DNA of 64,000 bases. Origin: an uncultured Thermoplasmatales archaeon (GTDB lineage: Archaea > Thermoplasmatota > E2 > DHVEG-1). The DNA lies in contig CAYXPY010000004.1 in assembly GCA_964467345.1 (NCBI GenBank), forward strand, positions 17,358 to 81,357. The letters are read 5' to 3'. A program made the translations under genes and the position numbers. This document shows, piece after piece, positions 9,689 through 18,445 of this stretch; the first letter of the stretch is position 1, and the number at the start of each line of letters is the position of its first letter. The notes below the pieces were generated by a model. It saw only the letters and a program-made list of their open reading frames with translations, was not told the origin of the DNA and did not search any database.

Positions 9689-11646
9689 TGCGCCGCATCG
9701 GTGTTTTTGTCTGCCATTGCGGGATAAACATCGCACAGAACGTTGATGTCAAAGCACTCACCCAGTACGCAAGTAAACTTAACGGTGTCGTCGTCGCAAA
9801 AGAATACAAATATATGTGCTCAGACGTCGGAGCAACCTTAATTAAGGACACCATCAAAGAGTTCAAACTCGACGGCGTTGTCATCGCATCCTGTTCACCA
9901 CGGATGCACGAACACACCTTCAGACGGGTCGCAAGCGATGGCGGGGTGAACCCGTACCGAGTCGAAATATCCAATATACGCGAACAATGCTCCTGGGCGC
10001 ATACAGACAAAGAACAAGCCACAGAAAAGGCAAAATACTTGGTTCGCAGCGCAGTGTCAAAAGCACGTTCCCTTGAACCCCTGAAACCATCCAAATTCAA
10101 GGTAATACCAGAGGCCCTTGTGATCGGAGCTGGTATCGCAGGGATCCAAGCCTCCCTTGACCTGGCAAATGACGGTTTTAAGGTCCATCTGGTAGAACGA
10201 GACCCAAGCATCGGTGGCCATATGGCGCAGCTTGACAAGACCTTTCCGACACTGGATTGTTCCTCCTGCATCCTCACCCCTAAGATGATGGAAGTAGCAA
10301 ACCATGAGAACATCGAACTGTTCAGTTACTCAGAGGTCGCTAGCGTCGATGGCAGCATCGGGAATTACACCGTGAAAATAAAAAAGAAGCCACGTTACAT
10401 TGATGTTGACAAATGTACAGGATGTGGCGATTGCGCTACCGCTTGTCGCCTCAAAGACAGAATCACCAGTGAATTCAACCAAGGAATGGGAAAACGGGGC
10501 GCTTCCTACATGCCGTTCCCACAGGCAGTACCTCTCAAATACGTCATCGATGACAAAAAATGCCTATTCCTGACTAAAGGGAAATGCGGTGATGAACCGC
10601 TCTGCAAGAAAGCCTGTGCTCAAGACGCCATAGATTTTGATCAGAAGGAAGAAATCGTCGAACGCAAGGTCGGTGCCATCATCGTTGCCACCGGCTATGA
10701 CCTCATGGACCCTGCATCGGTGTACGAATATGGGTACGACCAGTCCCCTGATGTGATCACCACCTTAGAAATGGAACGATTGATCAGCTCCTCAGGACCA
10801 ACCAAAGGAGAGATCCTGCGTCCTTCCAATCAACAGAAACCAAAAAGCATCACCTTCATCCTCTGCGTCGGCTCCCGAGACGAGACCCAATGCACCTGGT
10901 GCTGCCGCATCGGATGTATGACTGCATTAAAACAAGTCTACCTCCTCAGAGAAAAACTCGGAGAGGACGTCGAAATCAACCTCTGCTACCACGACCTGCG
11001 CTCATATGGGAAAGGCTATGAGGAATTCTACCGCAAAGTACGAGGCCTTCACACGAACCTGTTCCGTGGTCGCCCTTCCGAAGTACGCACGATGGCAGAT
11101 ACACTAAAGATGGATATTTTTGATACGACCACAAACAAACTATTTGAAATAAAAACAGACATGGTGGTCCTTGTCCCTGCGATGAAGCCACGAAACGATG
11201 CCACTGAGTTTTCACGTCTCCTTCATCTAACATTAAGTGGTGATGGATTCTTCCTAGAGGCCCATCCCAAACTCCGCCCAGTTGATACATTCGTCAACGG
11301 CATCTTCATCGCTGGATGTTGCCAAGCACCAAAAGACATCCAGGACACCGTATCCCAAGCAAGTGCTGCAGCATCAAGAGCCGCAACCATCCTCTCACAG
11401 GATGAACTGGAGATAGACCCACTTGTTGCGATGGTCGATGAGGACGCCTGCACCGGGTGTGGGATCTGCATCGAAGTCTGCCCCTATGAAGCACGGACAC
11501 TGAATGAACGGAAAAGGATCGCAGAGGTCAACGAGGCGTTATGCGCAGGTTGCGGGGGATGCATCGCTGCTTGCCCAAGCAACGCGTCCATCCATAAGAA
11601 TTTCACAAAAAAACAACTGCTCGACATGGTTGACGACATCATGTAA
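9688..11646 (+). CDS. hdrA: heterodisulfide reductase subunit A, canonical (652 aa)
   Basis: It has the N-domain 'RIGVFVCHCGINI' and the FAD motif 'ALVIGAGIAGIQASLDLANDGFKVHLVE..GGHMAQLDKTFPTLDCSSCIL'. Inserted and C-terminal ferredoxin motifs 'CTGCGDCATAC' and 'CTGCGICIEVCP..CAGCGGCIAACP' follow. Confidence 0.9.
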   Translation: MRRIGVFVCHCGINIAQNVDVKALTQYASKLNGVVVAKEYKYMCSDVGATLIKDTIKEFKLDGVVIASCSPRMHEHTFRRVASDGGVNPYRVEISNIREQCSWAHTDKEQATEKAKYLVRSAVSKARSLEPLKPSKFKVIPEALVIGAGIAGIQASLDLANDGFKVHLVERDPSIGGHMAQLDKTFPTLDCSSCILTPKMMEVANHENIELFSYSEVASVDGSIGNYTVKIKKKPRYIDVDKCTGCGDCATACRLKDRITSEFNQGMGKRGASYMPFPQAVPLKYVIDDKKCLFLTKGKCGDEPLCKKACAQDAIDFDQKEEIVERKVGAIIVATGYDLMDPASVYEYGYDQSPDVITTLEMERLISSSGPTKGEILRPSNQQKPKSITFILCVGSRDETQCTWCCRIGCMTALKQVYLLREKLGEDVEINLCYHDLRSYGKGYEEFYRKVRGLHTNLFRGRPSEVRTMADTLKMDIFDTTTNKLFEIKTDMVVLVPAMKPRNDATEFSRLLHLTLSGDGFFLEAHPKLRPVDTFVNGIFIAGCCQAPKDIQDTVSQASAAASRAATILSQDELEIDPLVAMVDEDACTGCGICIEVCPYEARTLNERKRIAEVNEALCAGCGGCIAACPSNASIHKNFTKKQLLDMVDDIM

Positions 11647-11657
11647 GTGTAACGATT

Positions 11658-14600
11658 ATGACAAAAGAAAAAAAACAAAAGATCACTGCTGCACATAAAC
11701 AGGGCTCAGTCCTTGTCATCGGTGGTGGTATCTCAGGGATTCAATCATCGCTTGACTTAGCGGATGCAGGATTCAAAGTCTATCTTGTCGACCGTGGTCT
11801 TTCCATCGGCGGGACCATGACACAACTAGACAAAACATTTCCGACAAACGATTGTGCCATGTGCATCCTTGCACCAAAACTCGTCTACACAGGACGACAC
11901 GAGAATATAAACATCATCACAAACGCTGAGGTCACCGATGTCGCCGGAGAGGTTGGGAACTTCCAGGTCACCCTTAAGAAACACCCCCGTTACGTCGATC
12001 TCACAAAATGCAACGGATGCGGTGATTGCGTGGAACACTGTCCGGTTTCTATGCGATCTGAATTCGATGAGGGACTTGCGACACATAAAGCAATCTATCA
12101 ACCGTTCCCACAAGCGATTCCAAATGTCTTCGCTATAAGAAAAAACGAAGGTACCTCCCCCTGTAGAATCTCCTGCCCAGCAGGATTGAACGCCCATGGG
12201 TTCGTCGCCTTAGCAGCTCAAGAGAAATTCGCAGAAGCCTTTGAGCTTATCAAAGAAACCATCCCCTTCCCAGGATCATTGGGCCGTATATGCTATCATC
12301 CCTGTGAAACAGATTGCAACAGGAAAGACATCGATGAACCCGTCTCCATTTGTCGCATCAGACGATTCATTGCCGATTACATCTATGACCATCCAGAAGC
12401 TCTTGCCGAGTATAAGAAAATACAAGCAGAAAAACAACAAAACATAGAAATCAACAAGACAAAGAAAGGAAACAACCAAAAAGTCGCAATCATCGGAGCA
12501 GGACCTACTGGAATAACCGCTGCATACGACCTTTCTCGTAAGGGGTATAAACCAGTAGTTTTCGAAGCAGAGAAATTCAGCGGAGGCATGCTGCATTACG
12601 GGGTACCTGACTACCGACTCCCAAAAGAGTATCTCCATAAAGAACTCGATCCTCTCTGCGAACAAGAACAAATCGAACTGAAGAACAACCAGAAGCTCGG
12701 GAGAGATTTCACGCTGGCAGACCTCAAGAAACAAGGGTTCAAAGCCATCCTTGTCGCGATCGGTGCTCATAAGACACGGGCAGCAGGGATTGAATGCTGT
12801 ACTGGAACAGATACCTGCATCTTAGAAGGTGTCGAGTATCTCAAGCAGCTCAATAGGAACATGATCGCAGCGGAATATTTCAAGGGAAAAACCATCTTGG
12901 TTATCGGCGGTGGAAACGTCGCGATGGATTCCGCACGTACCGCACGGCGTCTCGGGGGAAACGTGACTGTCTTGTATCGAAGATCTCTGAAAGAGATGCC
13001 AGCGCACAAAGAGGAGATTCAACAAGCAGAAGAGGAAGGCATCACCTTTAGCTTTTTGACCGCCCCGACGAAACTGCATAAAAACGAGAAACACACCTGT
13101 CTCCAATGCGTGAAAATGCAGCTAGGGGAACCAGATGCATCAGGGAGACGACGACCGATCATTGTGCCTAATTCCGAATATGACGTCCCCTGTGACTATG
13201 TTATCTTTGCAATAGGCCAAGAACTGGATATACAATTGATGGAAGAAAACAACATCGCTCTTTCGCCCTCAGGTTTTATCCAGGTGGACTCTATCACGTT
13301 ACAAACACCCCAAGAGGGGGTTTTTGCCGGCGGTGATGCAGTCTCCGGTCCTGCGTCTGCTGTCGAGGCGATTGCCGCAGGTCATCGTGTGGCAGAATCA
13401 ATCGATCGATTCCTCAACAATGAAGATCTAATAAAAGGAAGAGAAACCACAGAGCCAGTAAAAGCACAGATCCCAAAGGAAACCCTCAGAATCCCACAAG
13501 AGCGGGAACAGCCACCGTTACTGCCCCTTGATGAACGAGTAATGACATTCACTGAAGTCGACCAAGGTTTCACCAAAGAACAGGTTGTCCGTGAGGCACA
13601 ACGGTGCCTGAATTGCGCAGGATGCTGTGATTGCCAACAATGTGTCCTTTACTGTGGACCTCACGCTATTGACCATCAGATGAAGGAAACAACGCAGACT
13701 ATTGATGTCGGAGCTGTTATCGTCTCACCAGGTTTTGCGGAGTACACCCCACCAAAAGCAGATAGTTACGGATATCAAGTCTATCCGAATGTACTGACCA
13801 GCATCGAATTCGAACGGATGCTCTCTGCATCAGGACCATATAAAGGCCATATCAAACGGATCTCTGATGGGAAGCCATTGAAAAAAATCGCATGGCTCCA
13901 ATGCATCGGTTCACGTGACGAAAGCTGCGATCGGAAATACTGCTCCTCGGTGTGTTGCATGTACGCAACCAAGGAAGCAGTCATCGCAAAGGAGCACGAA
14001 CCCGGGGTGGATACACATATCTATTATATGGATATGCGGTCGTTCGGTAAGGATTTTGATAAGTATTTTGAACGAGCGCAAAACGAGTATGGCGTCGTCT
14101 ATAGACGATGCCGTATCGCAAAGATAGAACAGGACCGGAAAACAAAACAGCTCACAATCCGCTCTGTTGATGAGAAAGGCGCCTTACAAAACGAGATATA
14201 CGACATGGTAGTACTTTCCGTAGGGTTACAACCCTGCGCAACCCTTGGCCATCTCAGCAAAGCATTGGAGATTAATTTAAATGAATACGGGTTCGTCGAG
14301 ACAGACACATTCACCCCAGTCTCCACCTCACGTGAAGGCATCTATGCCTCAGGAACGGTCACAGAACCAAAGGACATCCCTGAGAGCGTGACCCAGGCGT
14401 CTGCAGCCGCCGCAGAAGCGGCAAGGACTATCGCAGAGGTGAGAGGAACCGAGGTCGCTGAGAAGACATACCCAGTGGAACGGGATATAAAAACAGAGGT
14501 TCCCCGGATAGGTGTATTCGTCTGCCATTGTGGGATCAATATCGCTGGCATCGTTGATGTGAAAAAAGTTGTTGAAGTCTCAAAGACACTCCCCTACGTC

Positions 14601-16175
14601 GTCTACTCAGATGATACCTTATTTACCTGCTCACAGGATTCACAGGAAAAAATAAAAGAGAAGATAAAGGCTTTAAATCTCAACCGGGTTGTCATCGCTT
14701 CATGCACCCCCCGGACACATGAGCCATTATTCCAAGATACGCTTCGACAGGCTGGGTTAAACCCCCATCTGTTTGAAATGGCAAACCTTCGTGACCAGAA
14801 CTCCTGGGTCCATAAAAGTGATTCTAGCAGTGCCACGGAAAAAGCTATCGATTCGGTGAAAATGGCAGTTGCGAAATCCTCCGATTTATACCCCGTGCGT
14901 CATCTGCAGATCCCGGTCATTTCCAGCGCTCTTGTGATTGGTGGCGGTATCGCAGGGATGACTGCCGCACTCTCCATTGCAGATCAAGGGTACCAGGTCT
15001 ACCTCGTCGAAAGGGAACCAGACCTTGGGGGTCATCTCAAGGAAATCTACCTTGGGGTACAGGGGGAGAAACCACAGGACCTCTTGAAACAGACTATTGA
15101 ACAAGTCACCAGTCATCCTTTGATACAGGTATTCACCCAGACGACCGTCGGGCAGATCTCCGGATACGTCGGGAACTTCTCCACAACAGTGCAGAAGGAT
15201 AAAAAGGAGAAGACACCAACCGTGATTCAACATGGTGTCATCATCGTCGCAACCGGTGGAGTCCCATACGAACCCAAGGAATATCAATACAAGAAACACG
15301 ATGATGTGCTGACCCAGACACAGTTCGAAAAAGACCTCTTTGATGAAAAAAAATATCTCAAGGACCTAAAGGAGGTCGTGATGATCCAATGTGTCGGATC
15401 ACGAAACGAAGACCAGCCGTATTGCAGCAGGGTGTGTTGCTCTGAGGCGTTGAAGAATGCCTTGCGGTTCAAGGAGCAGAATTCCGATGCAACAGTCTAT
15501 GTCCTGTATCGTGATATCAGGACCTATGGATTCAGGGAGGATGTCCTCTACCAAAAGGCCCGAAAGAAAGGGATTCTTTTCATACGATATGATGAAAAAG
15601 ATGAACCAAAAGTAACCATCGATGATGGAAAACTGCTGGTAAGAACAAAGGACCCCATCCTGCAACGAGAACTCCGTTTACACCCGGATAAATTGATATT
15701 AAGCACTGGCGTTATCCCACAGGACAATAAACCACTCGCACAACTGCTCAAAGTCCCCTTAAACGAAGATGGGTTTTATGCCGAAGCGCATGTGAAGCTT
15801 CGCCCGATTGATTTTTCTGCAGACGGTATTTTCCTCTGCGGTCTTGCCCATTCACCTCGGTTCATCGAAGAATCAATCGTACAGGCAAAGGCCACAAGCG
15901 CCAGGGCGGCAACAATCCTTTCAAAAAAATATCTTGAAACAATCGGCAACATCGCAAGGGTAGTTTCGCGGAATTGCGCTGGATGCCAACTGTGTATCGA
16001 GGCATGTCCCTATGATGCGATTAGCTACGACGAAGAAAAGAAAATCGTAATCGTCAATGAAATCCTCTGTCAGGGCTGTGGTGCCTGCTCCGTGGTCTGT
16101 CCAAGTGGCACGTCACAACAGAACACGTTTACGAAACGTCAGATTATCTCTATGATTGATGCATGTTTGGAGTAA
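11658..16175 (+). CDS. 1505-aa HdrA-like flavoprotein: HdrA FAD domain interrupted by a GltD/NfnB-like NAD(P)H module, followed by a second complete HdrA unit
   Basis: aa 1-160 carry 'VLVIGGGISGIQSSLDLADAGFKVYLVD..QLDKTFPTNDCAMCIL' and 'CNGCGDCVEHCP'. aa ~170-600 carry 'CRISCPAG..ICYHPCETDC', 'KVAIIGAGPTGITAAYDL', 'ILVIGGGNVAMDSARTA' and 'VFAGGDAVSGPASAVEAIAAG' (GltD/NfnB/SudA-like). The HdrA domain then continues through 'CLNCAGCCDCQQCVLYCGP..'. aa ~1050-1505 form a second unit with 'RIGVFVCHCGINIAG', 'ALVIGGGIAGMTAALSIADQGYQVYLVE' and C-terminal 2x4Fe-4S motifs. Confidence 0.8.
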   Translation: MTKEKKQKITAAHKQGSVLVIGGGISGIQSSLDLADAGFKVYLVDRGLSIGGTMTQLDKTFPTNDCAMCILAPKLVYTGRHENINIITNAEVTDVAGEVGNFQVTLKKHPRYVDLTKCNGCGDCVEHCPVSMRSEFDEGLATHKAIYQPFPQAIPNVFAIRKNEGTSPCRISCPAGLNAHGFVALAAQEKFAEAFELIKETIPFPGSLGRICYHPCETDCNRKDIDEPVSICRIRRFIADYIYDHPEALAEYKKIQAEKQQNIEINKTKKGNNQKVAIIGAGPTGITAAYDLSRKGYKPVVFEAEKFSGGMLHYGVPDYRLPKEYLHKELDPLCEQEQIELKNNQKLGRDFTLADLKKQGFKAILVAIGAHKTRAAGIECCTGTDTCILEGVEYLKQLNRNMIAAEYFKGKTILVIGGGNVAMDSARTARRLGGNVTVLYRRSLKEMPAHKEEIQQAEEEGITFSFLTAPTKLHKNEKHTCLQCVKMQLGEPDASGRRRPIIVPNSEYDVPCDYVIFAIGQELDIQLMEENNIALSPSGFIQVDSITLQTPQEGVFAGGDAVSGPASAVEAIAAGHRVAESIDRFLNNEDLIKGRETTEPVKAQIPKETLRIPQEREQPPLLPLDERVMTFTEVDQGFTKEQVVREAQRCLNCAGCCDCQQCVLYCGPHAIDHQMKETTQTIDVGAVIVSPGFAEYTPPKADSYGYQVYPNVLTSIEFERMLSASGPYKGHIKRISDGKPLKKIAWLQCIGSRDESCDRKYCSSVCCMYATKEAVIAKEHEPGVDTHIYYMDMRSFGKDFDKYFERAQNEYGVVYRRCRIAKIEQDRKTKQLTIRSVDEKGALQNEIYDMVVLSVGLQPCATLGHLSKALEINLNEYGFVETDTFTPVSTSREGIYASGTVTEPKDIPESVTQASAAAAEAARTIAEVRGTEVAEKTYPVERDIKTEVPRIGVFVCHCGINIAGIVDVKKVVEVSKTLPYVVYSDDTLFTCSQDSQEKIKEKIKALNLNRVVIASCTPRTHEPLFQDTLRQAGLNPHLFEMANLRDQNSWVHKSDSSSATEKAIDSVKMAVAKSSDLYPVRHLQIPVISSALVIGGGIAGMTAALSIADQGYQVYLVEREPDLGGHLKEIYLGVQGEKPQDLLKQTIEQVTSHPLIQVFTQTTVGQISGYVGNFSTTVQKDKKEKTPTVIQHGVIIVATGGVPYEPKEYQYKKHDDVLTQTQFEKDLFDEKKYLKDLKEVVMIQCVGSRNEDQPYCSRVCCSEALKNALRFKEQNSDATVYVLYRDIRTYGFREDVLYQKARKKGILFIRYDEKDEPKVTIDDGKLLVRTKDPILQRELRLHPDKLILSTGVIPQDNKPLAQLLKVPLNEDGFYAEAHVKLRPIDFSADGIFLCGLAHSPRFIEESIVQAKATSARAATILSKKYLETIGNIARVVSRNCAGCQLCIEACPYDAISYDEEKKIVIVNEILCQGCGACSVVCPSGTSQQNTFTKRQIISMIDACLE

Positions 16176-16181
16176 GAGAAA

Positions 16182-16631
16182 ATGAATGAAGAAAAAAAGG
16201 ACCATACGAAGGAAACCTTTGAACCAAAGATCGTCGGGTTCCTCTGCAACTGGTGTAGTTACGCAGGCGCTGACCTTGCAGGCACCAGCCGTATTCAATA
16301 CCCGCCGAACGTACGAATCATCCGAGTCATGTGCTCAGGGTCTGTTGATTCTATGTATATCCTCCGAGCGTTGCTAGAAGGGGCTGATGGTGTGTTTGTC
16401 GGGGGATGCCACCCGGGTGATTGTCATTACATCGATGGGAACTACAAAGCGCGACGACGCATGGTCCTCCTTCAAAATATCCTTGATACCCTGGGTCTTG
16501 AGAAGGAGCGAGTCTGGTTACGATGGATCTCTGCTTCAGAGGGGCAGAAGTTCGCTGATACGATGAAAGAGATGACTGAGGCGATCCGAAAACTAGGCCC
16601 CAATCCAATCGCAAAACACTGGAATCTGTAA
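16182..16631 (+). CDS. mvhD: MvhD-like 2Fe-2S electron-transfer subunit
   Basis: '[18 protein letters not shown]', 'MCSGSVD' and '[10 protein letters not shown]' are present. The product is 149 aa. Confidence 0.85.
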   Translation: MNEEKKDHTKETFEPKIVGFLCNWCSYAGADLAGTSRIQYPPNVRIIRVMCSGSVDSMYILRALLEGADGVFVGGCHPGDCHYIDGNYKARRRMVLLQNILDTLGLEKERVWLRWISASEGQKFADTMKEMTEAIRKLGPNPIAKHWNL

Positions 16632-16647
16632 TGGAGGATGAAGAAAC

Positions 16648-17769
16648 ATGACACAAAAAGTGTTGAAAATAAAGGACAATGACATGGAAGAATCAATCAA
16701 TGATTTCCTACGTCTTCTACTGTCATCAGGGAAAATACAAGCCTTGCTGGTTCCACAGAGTACTCCTTCAAAGAAAATTGCATTCCCTGTCCTGCTCTCA
16801 GACCCAAAGAAACTCCATGCTGATGTTATCGCCCCGGTTCTCCCAACTGCTACCGCTGCAATCATATCGAAGATGACCAAGGTGCAGCCCCCCTCACAAC
16901 CAATTGGTGTTGTGATGCGAGCTTGTCAAATACGCGCTCTTATTGAACTAGTCAAACTGAACCAGGCGAACCTTACCAATATTATCATTATTGGAATAGA
17001 CTGCCCAGGGACATTTCCCATCAACACCTATTCATCGTTCCCTGAAAAGCATACCCCAACACAGTTCCTTCTCGAATCATTAAAAAAGAACTCTGACGAC
17101 TCAGAGAAATATCTCCGCTCCGCCTGCAAAATCTGCAAAGACCCAATCCCGACACACGCAGATATCATCGTTGGGTTCTACGGCGTTGACCTTGAAAAGG
17201 AACTCTTCATAGAGGCTGCCTCAGAGGCGGGTAAAAACATCCTGCAAGGGATACCTCTTGAGGAGTATAAAGAAGGGAAAGTCAGGGAAAAAGCAGTCAA
17301 GCAGGTACGTGAGGAAAAAACACAGAAACGGGCTGCGTTCCTCAAAGAGAAAGAAGGATTGAAAGGCATCAAGAAGATTGCTGAGTTTTTCGACACCTGT
17401 GTCAATTGCCATAATTGTCGACAGGCTTGTCCCATCTGCTATTGTAAAGAATGTTTGTTCGACTCTTCAGTGTTTGACGCTGAAGCCTATAAGTTCGTCC
17501 GTAAAGCAGAGGTGAAAGGCTTGTTTAAAATGCCGACCGATGCATTGCTCTTCCAGCTTGGACGGATGAACCATATGATTCTTTCCTGCGTGGAGTGTGG
17601 ATTATGCGAACAAGCCTGTCCCAACGAAATCCCCCTCATGGATGTGTTTATCCCGGTTGCAGAGAACGCTCAGAAGGAGTTCGACTACGCCCCCGGTAAA
17701 GATGAAAAAGAGAAAATCCCGATGATCGTCTACCGAGAAAATGAGTTCTTGGAGGTAGGAGAAAAATAG
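16648..17769 (+). CDS. HydB/AsrA-like iron-sulfur protein (sulfhydrogenase-beta-like), without FAD/NAD module
   Basis: 'CVNCHNCRQACPICYCKEC' and 'CVECGLCEQACP' repeat the Cys spacing seen in the N-terminal half of the 4690..6633 product within this same window. Confidence 0.5.
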   Translation: MTQKVLKIKDNDMEESINDFLRLLLSSGKIQALLVPQSTPSKKIAFPVLLSDPKKLHADVIAPVLPTATAAIISKMTKVQPPSQPIGVVMRACQIRALIELVKLNQANLTNIIIIGIDCPGTFPINTYSSFPEKHTPTQFLLESLKKNSDDSEKYLRSACKICKDPIPTHADIIVGFYGVDLEKELFIEAASEAGKNILQGIPLEEYKEGKVREKAVKQVREEKTQKRAAFLKEKEGLKGIKKIAEFFDTCVNCHNCRQACPICYCKECLFDSSVFDAEAYKFVRKAEVKGLFKMPTDALLFQLGRMNHMILSCVECGLCEQACPNEIPLMDVFIPVAENAQKEFDYAPGKDEKEKIPMIVYRENEFLEVGEK

Positions 17770-17770
17770 C

Positions 17771-18439
17771 ATGGATGTCATTGACTCCCGCAAGGTTGAT
17801 CCCCAGTTCAAGTTTCAAATAGCAAACGAACACGGTGGCGAAGGCATCCTGAAATGCTTCGCCTGCGGTGCCTGCACAGCACGATGCCCTGAGATGGATG
17901 TCAAACCTGAATGGAACGCCCGTGTCATCATCCGGAAAGCCTTGCTTGGTTTGAAAGAAGAAGTCTTAAGCAGTGAGTTTGTGTGGATATGCAGTGCGCA
18001 TTACCGCTGCCTGGAAAAATGCCCTCAAAAAGTAAACGTCAAGGAAGTCATGAACGCTGTACGGGACGCCCGTCTAATCGAAGAGCAAACCGAGGATGTC
18101 ACCGGAAAGAAATCGAAAAAATACCTTGATTTAGGGTTCAAATACAAAATATCTGAAACAGAAGCAGGAAAAGGCCTTTATGAATGTTTCTCCTGTGGGA
18201 CCTGTACGGCAGGGTGTCCAGAACGAGAGCTTGACCCGCTGTACTCCCCGCGGAAAGTGATAAAGAATGTGCTTCTTGGGATGAAGGAACCGGTCTACTC
18301 AAACAAGTTTGTTGAGATCTGTTCCTCACATCATCGGTGTCTCACCCAATGCCCGCAAGGGGTGGAGATCCCAAAGCTCATGAATGCGATTCAGAACATT
18401 GCGATAAAAGAAGGATATCATCGAACAAAAAAAGAGTAA
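17771..18439 (+). CDS. tandem-duplicated HdrC-like ferredoxin
   Basis: Two ~100-aa repeats each carry a full motif ('CFACGACTARCPE' / 'CFSCGTCTAGCPE') and a second motif ('WICSAHYRCLEKCPQKV' / 'EICSSHHRCLTQCPQGV'). Confidence 0.6.
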   Translation: MDVIDSRKVDPQFKFQIANEHGGEGILKCFACGACTARCPEMDVKPEWNARVIIRKALLGLKEEVLSSEFVWICSAHYRCLEKCPQKVNVKEVMNAVRDARLIEEQTEDVTGKKSKKYLDLGFKYKISETEAGKGLYECFSCGTCTAGCPERELDPLYSPRKVIKNVLLGMKEPVYSNKFVEICSSHHRCLTQCPQGVEIPKLMNAIQNIAIKEGYHRTKKE

Positions 18440-18445
18440 GTCACT

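Noticed and set aside
9648-10313. 221-aa antisense ORF inside hdrA, and similar antisense ORFs inside other conserved genes (29238..29657, 33277..33762, 34810..35310, 44085..44321, 6855..7391, 7072..7512, 10057..10305, 12276..12770)
   Set aside because: They lie entirely inside strongly conserved genes on the opposite strand. Their products are low-complexity or Arg/Ser-rich, typical of GC-rich antisense frames. None has an RBS or homology pattern I recognise.
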